This document shows, piece after piece, positions 1-12,013 of a stretch of 46,223 nucleotides of DNA (position 1 is its first letter; each line of letters starts with the position of its first letter). This DNA comes from Octopus sinensis. Its lineage: Eukaryota. The DNA is taken from assembly GCF_006345805.1 (NCBI RefSeq), contig NW_021834699.1, forward strand, positions 1 to 46,223, written 5' to 3'. A program made the position numbers and the translations under genes. Below the pieces are notes generated by a model. That model was not told where the DNA came from and did not search any database. It saw nothing but the letters and a program-made list of their open reading frames with translations.

Positions 1-1240
1 TAAAAGCCACAATAGAGTTAATATTGTCTTCTGGAAGAGGGAACTATAATTTATTATTATTTTTAGGTGTAAACTCGTGAGTTAAGATAGTTGTTTGTTT
101 TTCTACTAAGATCTTTCGTAAGTTTTCTGATAGGTTATTCTTGATGTTGTTATGTAGCCAGATGTCTGTCGTAATATGTTGTATTTTCTGGGGCTGTGTA
201 CCCTGAATGTCTGTGGTAAGAATACATTTTGTTGTTGCAAATTAGAAAATTCTAATTAAATATTAACTCTGTATAAGAATATTCATCATGAACTTAATTT
301 TATTAAATGTTAAATTTGGTATTGAACCGTGAACATCTGTTTGCATTTAAACAAATTATTGGTGTTTATACAAAATATACAAACGGAAATTGAATATAAC
401 TTGAATGCACAAATCCTTGTTTGTAACTATATATAATATACACTTATTACATTGTTTGAACAACATTTACCATCCATATAGTCATTCTTTTTCTCACTCT
501 TGTTAGATTTTAGATGATATTAATGCTAAAAGAGGCACAGTTTTCTGAGTGTTTCACCCTTTGGTCTTGATTGTTGCGTTCAAATTATTTAATGAAAGAT
601 AGTCATTGTTATTTGACCAGGAAATGAATTAATCATTAGTATTTGGCAGTGGACTTGGTTATATCTTTCTTCGTTTGCTCATGGAACTACCATAATATTA
701 GCTGTGCTGAGACACAATCATATTGATTGTAATGAAGGTTATATGTTCTTTACTCAGATTATATACAATCTATATTGATATCTAGTATTGCACCGTCAGG
801 CACAGTGACATTGTATCACATATATACCCAATTATCATGATAATTAATAAGCTATAATTCATTAACTCTCTTAAAGTTGTATGCCTGAATTGTAAACTGA
901 TTTTGTCATAGGGACATCGTGTACCATCACATTACATTTTATATCTTGTTAGGGATCATGTTGGGGAAGGGTGTATGGAATTTGGCTTGTGGAGATGTTT
1001 TTTAGGGGACAGATTGTGTGCGGGGTGGAGGGTATGCACATAAAGGACATGTCTTTATGGGCTCAGTTTTACTTAATTAGAGAGGAATGTTGATTAGTGA
1101 ATTCTAGAGATGAGAGGACAGTGCCATGCCATAGATTTGGCACAGTTATAAAAAGAGAAAGACAAAGCTAAGAGAAAACTGTTATCAAGTGTTAATTAAA
1201 TGAGATAATTGGTACATTGTTAGAATATTTAATGTGTTTT

Positions 1241-1241
<1 letters not shown>

Positions 1242-1308
<67 letters not shown>
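1242..1308. repeat. (AG)n microsatellite
   Basis: Perfect AG run; the paralogous run at about 3357-3372 is much shorter. Confidence 0.95.
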
Positions 1309-1312
<4 letters not shown>

Positions 1313-1529
1313 GGATTTAGAAATGTTAGTCTGTTTTATTGTGGACATATTGGGCTATTACATGGGACCACTGTAGAAAGTACAGAAATATTGACCAAAA
1401 CCATAATGGTCAACATTTGACCAGTAACGACAGGAATTGAATGTCTCACAATAACAAGGTAGTGCTTAATAAAAATAAAGATAAAGAAAGTTTATTTTTA
1501 AATGTAAAACTTGGAAATATTTATTTCAG

Positions 1530-1607
1530 AGGCTCCAAAGTTTGAGGACAGGCGTGTAAAAACAGAGGCTACATGTCAGGAATTAGGGGCTGCATCTCAG
1601 GTAATAG
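1530..1607 (+). CDS. Intact 78-nt phase 1-1 mini-exon, paralogue of the 8634-8704 exon
   Basis: Same acceptor (cttggaaatatttatttcag) and donor (G|GTGAGTAT). Open only in phase 1: (E)APKFEDRRVKTEATCQELGAASQVI. Confidence 0.5.
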
Positions 1608-1860
1608 GTGAGTATAAAATAATAGTTCCCAATTGATTTCTGTAAGGTTTTCTTCCCCCGAGTATATTGTGCTTGAAGGAATAACTGAAAACAGCTTCCA
1701 TTCCTCTTTTCCAATTGAACGATTATCTGTATAATAATTGAATTAAAGATATCGATTTGCTGAGAGTTTATGAAATACTCATTGAGGTTAATGCTGTTGG
1801 TAATAATGTTCAAATTAGAAGACACGAATAGAGTTAATATTGTCATTTGGTGACGGAACG

Positions 1861-2700
1861 CATCTTCATCATCATCATCATCACCATTGTTTAACGTCCG
1901 TTGTTATAGTAGCATGGGTCAGACGATTTCAATGGCAAGGCAGTAGGCTGCGCCAGGCTCCAATGTGATCTGGCAAGGTTTCCACATATGTATGCCATTC
2001 CTAACGCCAACCACCCCGAGAGTGTGGTGGGTGCTTTTTACGTGCCACCGACACAGGAGCCAGTTGAAGTGGGGGCTGGCATTGACCATATTCAGATGGT
2101 ACTTTTTACGTGCCAACGGCACAGGGAACCAGTCAGGCGGCACTGGCCACAAACAACGTTTGATTGTTGCTTATTACGTGCCACCGGCACGGGTGCCAGT
2201 CAGGCGGCACTGGCATCGGCCATAATTACAATTTGCATTTTGATTTCGATCTTCATTTGATTTTGATTTGTGATTTCTGGTTTTTGGTTTTACTTGATTC
2301 AGAAATTCTTCTTAAGCGCAACTTATCACTCTGTGATTCAAGGGTACTTCTAAAAGGGTCTGGTTATGCGACACTGGTATCGGCTATAGCTGTGATCTCA
2401 CTTCACTTGCCGGGTCTTCTCAATCACATCATATTTCCAGAGGTTTCTGTCTCTTGCCATTGCCTCTGCGAGGCCCAACGTTCGAAGGTCGTTTCACCAC
2501 GTCATGCCCTGTCTTCCTGGGTCACCCCTTTCCACAGGTTCCTTCCACTGTTAGGGTGCAACACTTCTTCCCACAGCTCTCCTCATCCATACCCATAACC
2601 ATACACGTGCAGTTGTCTCTCTTGTACACCACATCTGATGCTTCTTATGTCTAACATTTCTCTCAGGCCTCTTCACTCTGCCTTGTGTGCACACTGACAT
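1861..2700 (-). mobile_element. RTE-clade LINE 3' end (ORF2 C-terminus, 3' UTR, (GAT)n tail)
   Basis: Degenerate MDEESCGKKCCTLTVEGTCGKG*PRKT on the minus strand, then a UTR with gtgccaccggcac repeats and a (CAT)n tail on the plus strand. Homologous to 20361-20994. Confidence 0.75.
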
Positions 2701-3634
2701 CGTTGCGTTCAAATTATTTAATGAAAGATAGTCATTGTTATTTGACCAGGAAATGAATTAATCATTAGTATTTGGCAGTGGACTTGGTTATATCTTTCTT
2801 CGTTTGCTCATGGAACTACCATAATATTAGCTGTGCTGAGACACAATCATATTGATTATATGTTCTTTACTCAGATTATATACAATCTATATTGAGATCT
2901 AGTATTGCACCGTCAAGCACAGTGCCATTGTATCACATATATACCCAATTATCATGATAATTAATAAGCTATAATTCATTAACTCTCTTACATTTGTATG
3001 TCTGAAATGTAAACTTATTTTGTCATAGGAACATCATGTACCCTCACCTTACATTTTATATTTTGTTAGGGATCATGTTGGGGAAGGATGTGTGCAATTT
3101 GGCTTGTGGAGATGTTTTTTAGGGGACAGATTGTGTGCGGAGTGGAGGGTATGCACATAAAGGACATCTTTATGGGCTCAGTTTTACTTAATCAAAGAGG
3201 AATGTTGATTAGTGAATTCTAGAGATGAGAGGACAGTGCCATGCCATAGATTTGGCACAGTTACAAAAAGAGAAAGACAAAGCTAAGAGAAAACTGTTAT
3301 CAAGTGTTAATTAAATGAGATAATTGGTACATTGTTAGAATATTTAATGTGTTTTTAGAGAGAGAGAGAGAGACAGACATACAGACAGACAGACAGAGTG
3401 AAAAAAGAAAGAGAGGGAGAGGGTGGATATAGGATGTTAGTCTGTTTTATTGTGGACATTTGGAGATTACATGAGACCACTGTAGAAAGTACGAAATATT
3501 GACCAAACCATAATGGTCAACATTTGACCAGTACCGACAGGAATTGAATGTCTCACAATAACAAGTAGTGCTTAATAAAAATAAAGATAAAGTAGTTTAT
3601 TTTTAAATGTAAAACTTGGAAATATTTTTTACAG

Positions 3635-3713
3635 AGGCTCCAAACTTTGAGGACATGTGTGGTACAAACAGAGGCTACATGTCAGGAATTAGAGGTTTCA
3701 TCTCAGGCAATTG
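3635..3713 (+). pseudogene. Mini-exon paralogue with a 1-nt insertion (79 nt)
   Basis: Aligns to 1530-1607 with one extra base; splice sites intact (acag| and |GTGAGT). Confidence 0.5.
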
Positions 3714-3996
3714 GTGAGTATAAAATAATAGTTCCCAATGAATTTCTATAATGTTTTCTTTCTTCCCCGAGTATATTGTGCTTGAAAGAATACTGAAACA
3801 GCTTCATTCCTATTTTCTAATTAACGATTATCTGTATAATAATTTGAATTAAAGATATCATTTACTGTGAGTTTATGAAATACCCATTGAGGTTAATGCT
3901 GTTGGTAATAATGTTCAAATTAGAAGACACAATAGAGTAAATTTGTCATTTGGTCACAAGTATAATCAAGTATAATCTTGGAAATATTTATTTCAG

Positions 3997-4047
3997 CAAG
4001 GCCAATTTTGGGAGACAAAGAGGTCCAGACAGTAGAAGAGCCACGTG
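3997..4047 (+). pseudogene. Mini-exon paralogue with dead donor
   Basis: Same acceptor; 51 nt open (RPILGDKEVQTVEEPR), but the homologous donor reads CTGAGTAT instead of GTGAGTAT. Confidence 0.45.
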
Positions 4048-6079
4048 CTGAGTATAGAATGACATTACATAATTGATTTCTATAAAGTTTTAGCTTTTAC
4101 TGAGCTTTTTGGTCAATAGAATGACCGAGAACAGATACCACTGCTACATTTCATTTGAATGCTTAGCTATAAAGAAATTCTGTTCTTCTACAACAACATG
4201 AATATCCAATAAATGTACTTTATGCAAACATCTGTTACTCATTCACTCGCAGAAAGAAAGATACAAAAATTAAATATAACCCTGAACCGTTCTCTCCCGT
4301 TAAGGAGAATATTCGCCCTGTTTGTCATCTCATTTGTACTCATTCATTCTCTCTCTCTCTCTCATGCTCTTTCTCTCCGTCTTTTCAAGAAAGATGCTGG
4401 TTAAAAGTTTTCAATACAATAAATGATATCATCTTCATCTTTTCTCATCTGCTCTCCTCTCCATGCTCCCATACACTATGTGGGTCATCACTGTCCAAGT
4501 CAGTTGTATCTGAAATTAACTGCCAACCGTCATTTGTTGAGGAAAACATCTCACTTAAACATTGCAGCTTTTCTAAGGTGGTAGACCCTTTCTAACCCCA
4601 ACCACTTTATAAAGGGTCCTGGGTATATTTTATTGTCGCACAAGCATTAGAAATGATCATCAATTCCCCAACAATATCAAACGTTCCTTTCAAACTTGTG
4701 GTGTCATCTTTCCTAGTTTCCACCAACCACTTCCTAGTGTGTTCTGGGAGCATTTAATTATAGCACAAGTAGTAATCAAGTTGTGTTACATTCTATATAA
4801 TTAGACGGTCCTCACTATTCTATGATGTTTTGGTTCACTGAAGCTGATGACATTTCAGGAGGTGAGAAGGGAATGTGATGACAAAAGTATCAGGATGCGG
4901 GGAGAGAAATTTGCAATACCCCCTCTCCTGGCTGTGGGGTCTTTGTCTTACATGTCTTTTGGCTAAATATGCCAGTACTTGTGCTTTATAAAAAGGGGCC
5001 ACGTACACTTTGTGAGGTGGTTGGCATCAGTAAGAGCATCCTACAGTAGAAACCATGCAAAAGAAACCATCTGGGGCCTGGTGCAGTTGTCTGGCTTGTC
5101 AGATCCTGTCAAGATTTCCAACCCATTCCAGCATGGAAAACAAACTTTGAATATTGATGATGAGGATGATGATGCTGTCTTCCAGTAACTCATCATAATT
5201 CTTTGTCTTAGATTGTTACAGTAGTTTCCTGTCTGGTATAACATATTAGCTCAGTATAATAATATTGATTGTGAAAACCGGTTCAGTGATTTTGATAACA
5301 TTCATATTGAACAGAGAACATATGTTCACATTTGAACAAAACATTGATGCTAGCATATGCAATACATGGAAAGGAATGAACGTATGAGATTCCAGTGTGA
5401 CTTGAACTTACAACACTTTTCTAACTATATATATATAATTATCGCTTGTTACGATGTTTGTATAACGTTTACTGTCCATATAGACATCGTTATACTGACA
5501 ATTGTTGGCTTTGAGATGGTTTCAGTTGTAAGAGAGTCACTGTTTTCAGTCTTCCACATTTTGGTTTTACTTCCGACTTGATTGTTCTGTTGAAATTAGA
5601 TCATGGAACCTGGTCATTGTTATCTGACCAAGAAAAGAATTCATCATTAGTATTCGGTACTGGAAATGGTTACATTTTTCTATGGTTTCTCATGGAACTA
5701 CCATAATATCAACTGTGCTGAGACACAACCATATTAATTGTAACAAATGTCACATGTTCTTCCACACAGATTTTATACAATCTATATTGATAGTTAGTGT
5801 TTTTATGCTGCATTAACATGATAATTAATCAGCTATCATTCATTAACTCTCTTAAACTTGTCTGTCTGAAAGTTTCATAGCATTATCTTGTACCCTCATC
5901 TGATATTTTACACCTTTTACCCTCAAAGTAAACATAACTTTTACATGGGTACACAACCACATCCCTACGAACTAGTTTTTACAGCTGTATGCCCTTCCCA
6001 CACATAATAAAGTGTTGATTATCAATAACTATAATGAAATTATACTATAAAACGTAAAGCTTGAAAAATTTCATTTCAA

Positions 6080-6127
6080 AGACTCCAACTTCTGTGAAGG
6101 ATGCCTTGACAACATCACAGCCAGTTG
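6080..6127 (+). pseudogene. Mini-exon paralogue with dead acceptor
   Basis: 48 nt open (TPTSVKDALTTSQPV), donor G|GTGAGT intact, homologous acceptor reads tttcaa instead of tttcag. Confidence 0.45.
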
Positions 6128-6929
6128 GTGAGTAGCAAATAACAGTACCTCATGGATTTCTATAAATTTAACCTTCACCTGAGCATTTGTAGTTTATCAG
6201 AATGACTGAGGACAAGATCCATTCCTAATTTACATCTGAAATATTAGCTGTATAATAATTCTATTAGACATTTTGATATCAATGGAATTTCACAAATATC
6301 CAACGGGGTTGGCATGGTTCGGAAAATGGATAATTTAGAAGACAATAGAATTAATACTGTATTTTGAAACGGAGGACTAAATATGTAGTTACTAAGTTTA
6401 CTGATAGGTTATTGCTGTTGTTGCTATTTAAGCAAATATCTCTCATAATGTGACAGATTTACAATGAAATGTGTTCCTTATGTGAACACCCTGCCTTTTT
6501 GTTTCACTGATAATAAATTTATCATTACATCCCCTAAACATTGTCTTTATCCATGTAAAAGTATTAGGTTTGATGTTGAGACAACCGTTCTCTCTCTCCC
6601 TCTCTCTCCAAGATAGACACTGATGACCCTCATCCTTCATCATCTGATGTCTATGCTCCGATCGATTGGATAGATGATTCCTATCCATGTCAGTTCTTAT
6701 TAACAAATACTGTCCGCCTTGATTGGATGAGGAACACATTCCGGCTTTTCTATGGTGATGTGCCTTTCCTAACATCAACCGCTTTAAAAAGTCCTTGGGC
6801 ACAATTTTGCTCCAAAAGCACTAGAAAAATGATCATGTTGTCAACAAAATTAAACGCTCCTCTTTAACTTCTACAGGAAATTCTGTTTGCAGATACTGAG
6901 AACAAAGCTAAATACAATAAAGATGAACT

Positions 6930-7900
6930 GGATGGATATATGCAGAGATCCAAAGCAAAAGCAATGATTCCCATTCATAGACAGTTTGAAATGTCCATTG
7001 AAACCAGCAATCAAATACCTATTGATTAGTTCAGACTAATTTCAACTTGAATATAAATGGCAAGATTTACAAGGTTGTATTCACAAAGAGATCAACTGTA
7101 AATCTACAGAATAATGAATATGGGACTAAAAGTATCTCGAAGACTGGAATCCTCTGGCATTCCTGCTGGGTGGAACATGTGTCTTAAATCTAGGATGTGA
7201 TACAAGACGGAAAGAAGAATAAAAGGGATTGAATGTTGTGTGATTTGATCTGGTTTATGGTTCTCTAGCAAACAAATTGTTGATGGAAGCAGTGGACCTG
7301 TTTTATATATGAGAAAAGATTAAGGATCTGATGAGGAGCTGCTATAACAATTTCAATATGCAGTTCATGAGGAAAACTTTCTCGATAGACTGGTATCATT
7401 TTGAAACGGGAATTGCTGTAGTTTTCTACAAATCAGTCATTTGGTTTGTGATTGTTATGGAGATGTTACTTAAATCAGCAGATTGATAAGAAATGGCTCA
7501 AAGGAAAACCACTCGAGAAGACATTAATGGATTACATAACAATAGTAACAACAAATAAAGGATATGCAAATAGTTCTGGATTAACTGGGTAGACTGAGGA
7601 ACTTGGTGAAGAATGTGCTTCAATGCAAATGGGTAATGACCCGTCATTTGTGAAAGGTCAGCAGAAACAAGTGAAGGTCAAAATAGCAGGAGAAACCCTG
7701 ATGAAGTTTAAAGGGAACTTGAAAAACTATTACGACGATGGTAAACTACCTATTTTGCAATAATAGTAAAGGCATTGAGATCACGTCACAGAACGAAGAT
7801 GGGTTAAAAGAAATAAATTGCCAAACATTCTGGAAAATAAAAGATTTGGAGCTCGCACTTTGTATTCCCGTCTTTCTTATATATTTTTGAGTATCAGTCC
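6930..7900 (+). mobile_element. Decayed reverse transcriptase of a HERO/NeSL-like non-LTR element
   Basis: Frameshifted and stopped segments NGKIYKVVFTKR, CWVEHVS*I*DVIQDGKKNKRD, DLVYGSLANKLLMEAVDLFYI*EKIKDLMRSCY, FSIDWYHFETGIAV and TLMDYITIVT follow the motif order I recall for HERO-type RTs. Confidence 0.65.
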
Positions 7901-8635
7901 TTTTGTACCATTTCAGATGTCTTCACTGCATTAATGTGTAGATGTCCAGTTGTATGTAGTTAATGGGGTTTTGTACAAGTGTGCAGTGTTTTAGGACACC
8001 TGATATCACTTTTTGTTTCATCTGTGGAGAACTGATCATTGCTCACCTTTATTAAGGAGTCTTAAAATATTCCCTGCACCAGATAATGACCAGGTGATCT
8101 GGGATGTAGGATGATAAAATTCAGATTTTCCAACAGCAAAGAGAACTGGTATTATGTTTATTTTACTTGAAGTGGTGTGTCATGCATTTGTGACGAGATC
8201 TTTGGAGACCACATTGGATGATATTGCACTTTAGCAGAAGATGAGGAGAATGGTGGTTAGTGAAGTCTAGAGTTCAGAGGACAGTCGCATGTCATAGATT
8301 GGTTCAGAGATATATCAAAGGAGAGAGAGAACTATGAGAAGAAACAGTCTCATGAAATGATAATTAAATAAATAATTGCAACATTGTTAGATTATGTAGG
8401 ATGTCTCTTTAAAGAGAAACAAAGTTTCGGAAAGTTAGTCTATTTTGTTGCGGGCCTAAATATTGAGCTATTACCTGGTCCCACAATGGAAAGTATAAAA
8501 ATACTGAGCAAAACCCTAGTGGTCACCAGCCAACCACTGATGATAACAATGTCCCACAACAATAAACTACAGAATATTTATAGAGATAAATAAGTTTTAC
8601 AATAATTATATAACTTGGAAATATTTATTTCAGAG

Positions 8636-8704
8636 AGTCCAGTTCTGAAGGAGAGGATCTTCTGAGAGTGGCTAAGAGGTTAGGAAGTGATTGGTGGCAA
8701 GTGG
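8636..8704 (+). CDS. Death-domain protein, penultimate exon (start of the death domain)
   Basis: Acceptor atatttatttcag(ag), donor G|GTGAGT. Encodes ...EDLLRVAKRLGSDWWQV, matching the death-domain LxxVAxxLGxDW pattern. The AG at 8634-8635 gives an in-frame 69-nt exon; the first AG gives 71 nt. Confidence 0.7.
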
Positions 8705-9379
8705 GTGAGTATATTTGATTTCTCTATATATTTACTTTCACCCATCTATTTTATTTGTCAGAATGAATGAGAACAAGTTACATTCCTCATCCCATTGATA
8801 GGTTATCTGTATGACAATTTTTATTACGATATTCCTGATATTTCATAAAATATCCACTGAGGTTAGCATGGTTGGTAATAATGGATAAACTAGAAAATAA
8901 AATGGCGTTTAATATTATCTTTTGGAAGAGGAACTAAATATATTGTTTAAGGGTAAACAGATGAGTGAATTTGTTTTACATTTTCTTTAGGTTCACTGTT
9001 AGGTTATTGTAATGAAGGACAAGTACCAAAGTTAACATCTAAAACAAAGCATCTTTCTTCAAACAGAAGACTTTGAGTTTGGTTCTTCTTGCAGCCATTA
9101 TTTATTGGATTATTGTGTTGGAAGCTGATAATTCCAATTTAGATTTGTCATTTTGCAATGACTTTACCACATGACATATGTCTGTAAATGCTTCAATAAA
9201 AAGAGATTTAATAAAGGTGACACAGCGAAATCCTATCATTCTCCTCAGGCGAAAACAGAGAATTCCTTTAAGGGAATTTACCAGAAAATGAACATTCACA
9301 AGTCAAGCCGAACTGGAGGTGGCATCTCTCATTGAGACTGACATAATAATAACTGAATAGGCTCTGTAGAATTGATTGA

Positions 9380-9930
9380 ACCTGGAGTTCATTGGAGAGT
9401 TTGAAATGGGTTGAATTTGACTTAGAATTATCGACTGTTGGACAATCACTGATCATTCGATTTCTAGTGTCCTCTTGGGAACTTTGCAAAGTAGTAGATG
9501 GCACAGAGGGACAGTACTTTCATGACCCTTTGAATACCAGGTCTGAAATCTACCAGAATAAGACAGATATATGGGATTCCTCTAAAGGGTCTTTGGAGTA
9601 ATGTTACTCAATAGGATTTATAGTTCAGGATCTGGGAGTCTCTCCAGGTTGAGCCACGTCTCCTCCACATCTGTGGTACCTCGGACATGTGATCAGGGTG
9701 TTGCAGGAATGAATTACAGGACATGTTCTCAAAGTCAAACCAATGGAACAGGATACCGAGGGGGAGGCCAAGAAAGAAATGGTTGGATGATATCCATAGT
9801 CTTAGTTCTTCACATCATAGAATACAAGCAGAATGTCTAATGATGGATGCTTCTGATAGGACCCTATGGAGGAGGTGCCTGAGGACTCTTTCCCCACAGC
9901 CCTTTCAAGAATATTGAGCAGAGGAAATGG
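9380..9930 (+). mobile_element. Decayed RTE (Rex3/Expander-like) LINE 3' fragment in the last intron of the death-domain gene
   Basis: LWYLGHVIR followed by RIPRGRPRKKWLDDI...ASDRTLWRRCLRTLSPQP, a typical RTE ORF2 terminus. Confidence 0.65.
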
Positions 9931-10271
9931 ATGGATCATATGCTTTCTTCACTGTTGGAGGTCAATGTTAATTCTTGAGGTTCTGATATACTTTTGCCTT
10001 CACAAAAGTTTTCCTGCCCTCGTTTACCATATATTTTCTCAAGTATAATTTTCAATTAATTTTCTTTAAAAATCTCGTTTAATTCAAACTCTTTGTTATT
10101 TTTGTCAATAGAAAACAATGTCTTATATTTTTCATGTTTCTTAGCTATTTCTTTTTTTACTTCTCTATTGATAAAGTTTGTTTGTTATATTCATAACAAC
10201 CTACAGTACACAGCGTTTTATGTTATTGTCAATGTTGTTGCATTTATTTCTTATTGTTGTGTCTTTTGCAG

Positions 10272-10471
10272 CGATTTTTTTAGGAGTTGATACAACTGAA
10301 CTGAAAATTGATGATGAGTCTATTGACACTGTAAAACAAGGCTACCTGATGCTTCGCGAATGGTTCAAAAATTGCGACCCAGAAACACGGACACACGCAA
10401 CATTAAGTGCAGCTCTTGAAGAAGCTGAATGTTTCGCTGCGATGGAATGTCTGTCATTAGACGCAAAGTGA
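10272..10471 (+). CDS. Death-domain protein, last coding exon
   Basis: Acceptor ttgttgtgtcttttgcag|C in phase 1, matching the 8704 donor. Gives (A)IFLGVDTTELKIDDESIDTVKQGYLMLREWFKNCDPETRTHATLSAALEEAECFAAMECLSLDAK*, with the death-domain YxMLxxW...TxxxLxxAL pattern. Confidence 0.8.
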
Positions 10472-10713
10472 ATTTCCATGTAACTGTTGTTGTTTAGCTT
10501 CAGATTAACCTTGACCAAACAGAGTCTTTTGATCAAACGCATTCCAGCCAGGACCATCATGCCTATTTCCAAAGAGAACCCGCAACCATCTCGTCCAATA
10601 TGCCCTTCTGTACAGTGATATCGTGTGAATTTAGCTGCTAATTCTAGCAGGTATATCAACCACATTGTGATCCCATCACTGGTTTTGTTCCTTTGTTAAA
10701 AATTCACTTTTAA

Positions 10714-10719
10714 AATAAA
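10714..10719 (+). terminator. Candidate polyadenylation signal of the death-domain gene
   Basis: AATAAA about 240 nt after the TGA, followed by a GT-rich tract (ttattgttgttgctgttg). Confidence 0.4.
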
Positions 10720-10974
10720 GACAAACTTTGAAATGTTCATTTATTGTTGTTGCTGTTGTATATCTATCTAATCCCATCCCTATATTGTTATATAGACAGC
10801 TTTAATATCTTCTCCTATATTGATAGTTATCTACCTTCATTTTAGCTGAGAGTAGAATGCCTGGATATATATATTGATGTCTTTTTCCTTTATATATCCT
10901 ATAGAGATAGTATTTCTATATAATACATGATGTATCTAAGGATATATCTCACTTTGTCCTGTTGTGGTTTAAGA

Positions 10975-12013
10975 CAGGCCTCTCCAAAGTGGCGGTGGTT
11001 GAATAAAAATTCAGGGGGTTTGAGTGCAATATACAATATTTTAATTTTATATTCTTACTTTATGACCTTCGTTATTTACTAATGACTGCAATTTTCGTCA
11101 GTAAAATAAAACTTCACTATTATACATATGAAAATAAATCCAAAAAATTATAATTAAACAATAGCTGTGCTGAAAAATTGTGAGATAATAAAATAATGAC
11201 ACAACATTTGTTGTTTTAATTGCATGTGATTGTGGAAAAGCCACAGTGTCTCCCTCTTTTTAAATAACTTCAGATAAAGGAAGAGTACAATTCTTCCCTA
11301 CAATATTTACCTTCATATTACTCCACTGTTATTACATGTTATTTTAATTGAAATTAGATTTCAAGTTCTTACAGCAGAGACCAAGATTAAATAAGTAAAA
11401 TACATGAGACCTTTATGTACATTATAAGATGTGACAGGAAGCTCTACCGAGCAGACTTTTGTGGAATTGGAAAGAAGACTCATAAGTATTCTCCACTTTT
11501 TATTGGATTCTTTTGTGATAGAAGTGAACAAACCTGATTGTTTTTAAATTAAATAATCAAGATATTTAAATTAGATAAAATAAACTTTATTCAGAAATTG
11601 ATAATTACTTTTAAAGCAAACCGAAATTTTACCGGTGAGTGTGTTAAATAATAAGGCACTAAAAGAGAATGACTCTCCCCAGACACAACAAAATTATTTT
11701 GTATCAAACTTTGTACAAAATTATTCCAAATAAATTGATAACATAAGTTTCTGATTTTTTTCTTGGATAACTGGGGGAGAAATGCTTTTCACACATTATA
11801 TGCAATGTAATACACAACAAAAAAATAAAGCTGTCCAAAGCTATAGGTTACTGTTTATATAGACCAGCTGGAGAAAATTTAGTTTTAACATTTAATGCGT
11901 AGCAATAAACTCATTTATAAAAGTGTTAGTTTTCTATAAATTGAGAAAACGTAAGACTTTTAGTGACTTTATAAAACTAAAAGAGTAACTTCTTCAAACT
12001 TTGGTGACCCCAG
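10975..12013. mobile_element. Possible decayed hAT-like non-autonomous element
   Basis: Imperfect terminal inverted repeats CAGGCCTCTCCAAAGT and (reverse complement) CTGGGGTCACCAAAGT resemble hAT-Charlie ends. No matching 8-bp TSD. Confidence 0.3.

Larger units (their letters stand above)
572..3955 (+). repeat. Recent ~1.27-kb direct duplication (572-1850 vs 2702-3955) separated by an RTE 3' end
   Basis: Colinear, near-identical sequence from gttgcgttcaaattatttaatgaaag to ttgtcatttggt in both copies. More diverged relatives lie at about 5420-5900, 6080-6420 and 8160-9010. Confidence 0.85.

Noticed and set aside
7020-7200. WWE or PARP-like peptide
   Set aside because: The surrounding frames fit a non-LTR reverse transcriptase much better.
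7718-7750. Second hammerhead-like string CTGATGA...TGAAA
   Set aside because: An extra base sits before GAAA, there is no stem I or III, and it lies within the RT relic. A similar degenerate string at about 28715-28745 also lacks the core.
8991-9090. Alternative second death-domain exon (GSLLGY...)
   Set aside because: It hits a stop quickly, and the same sequence recurs as non-coding flank in other duplicated units (about 130 and 6400).
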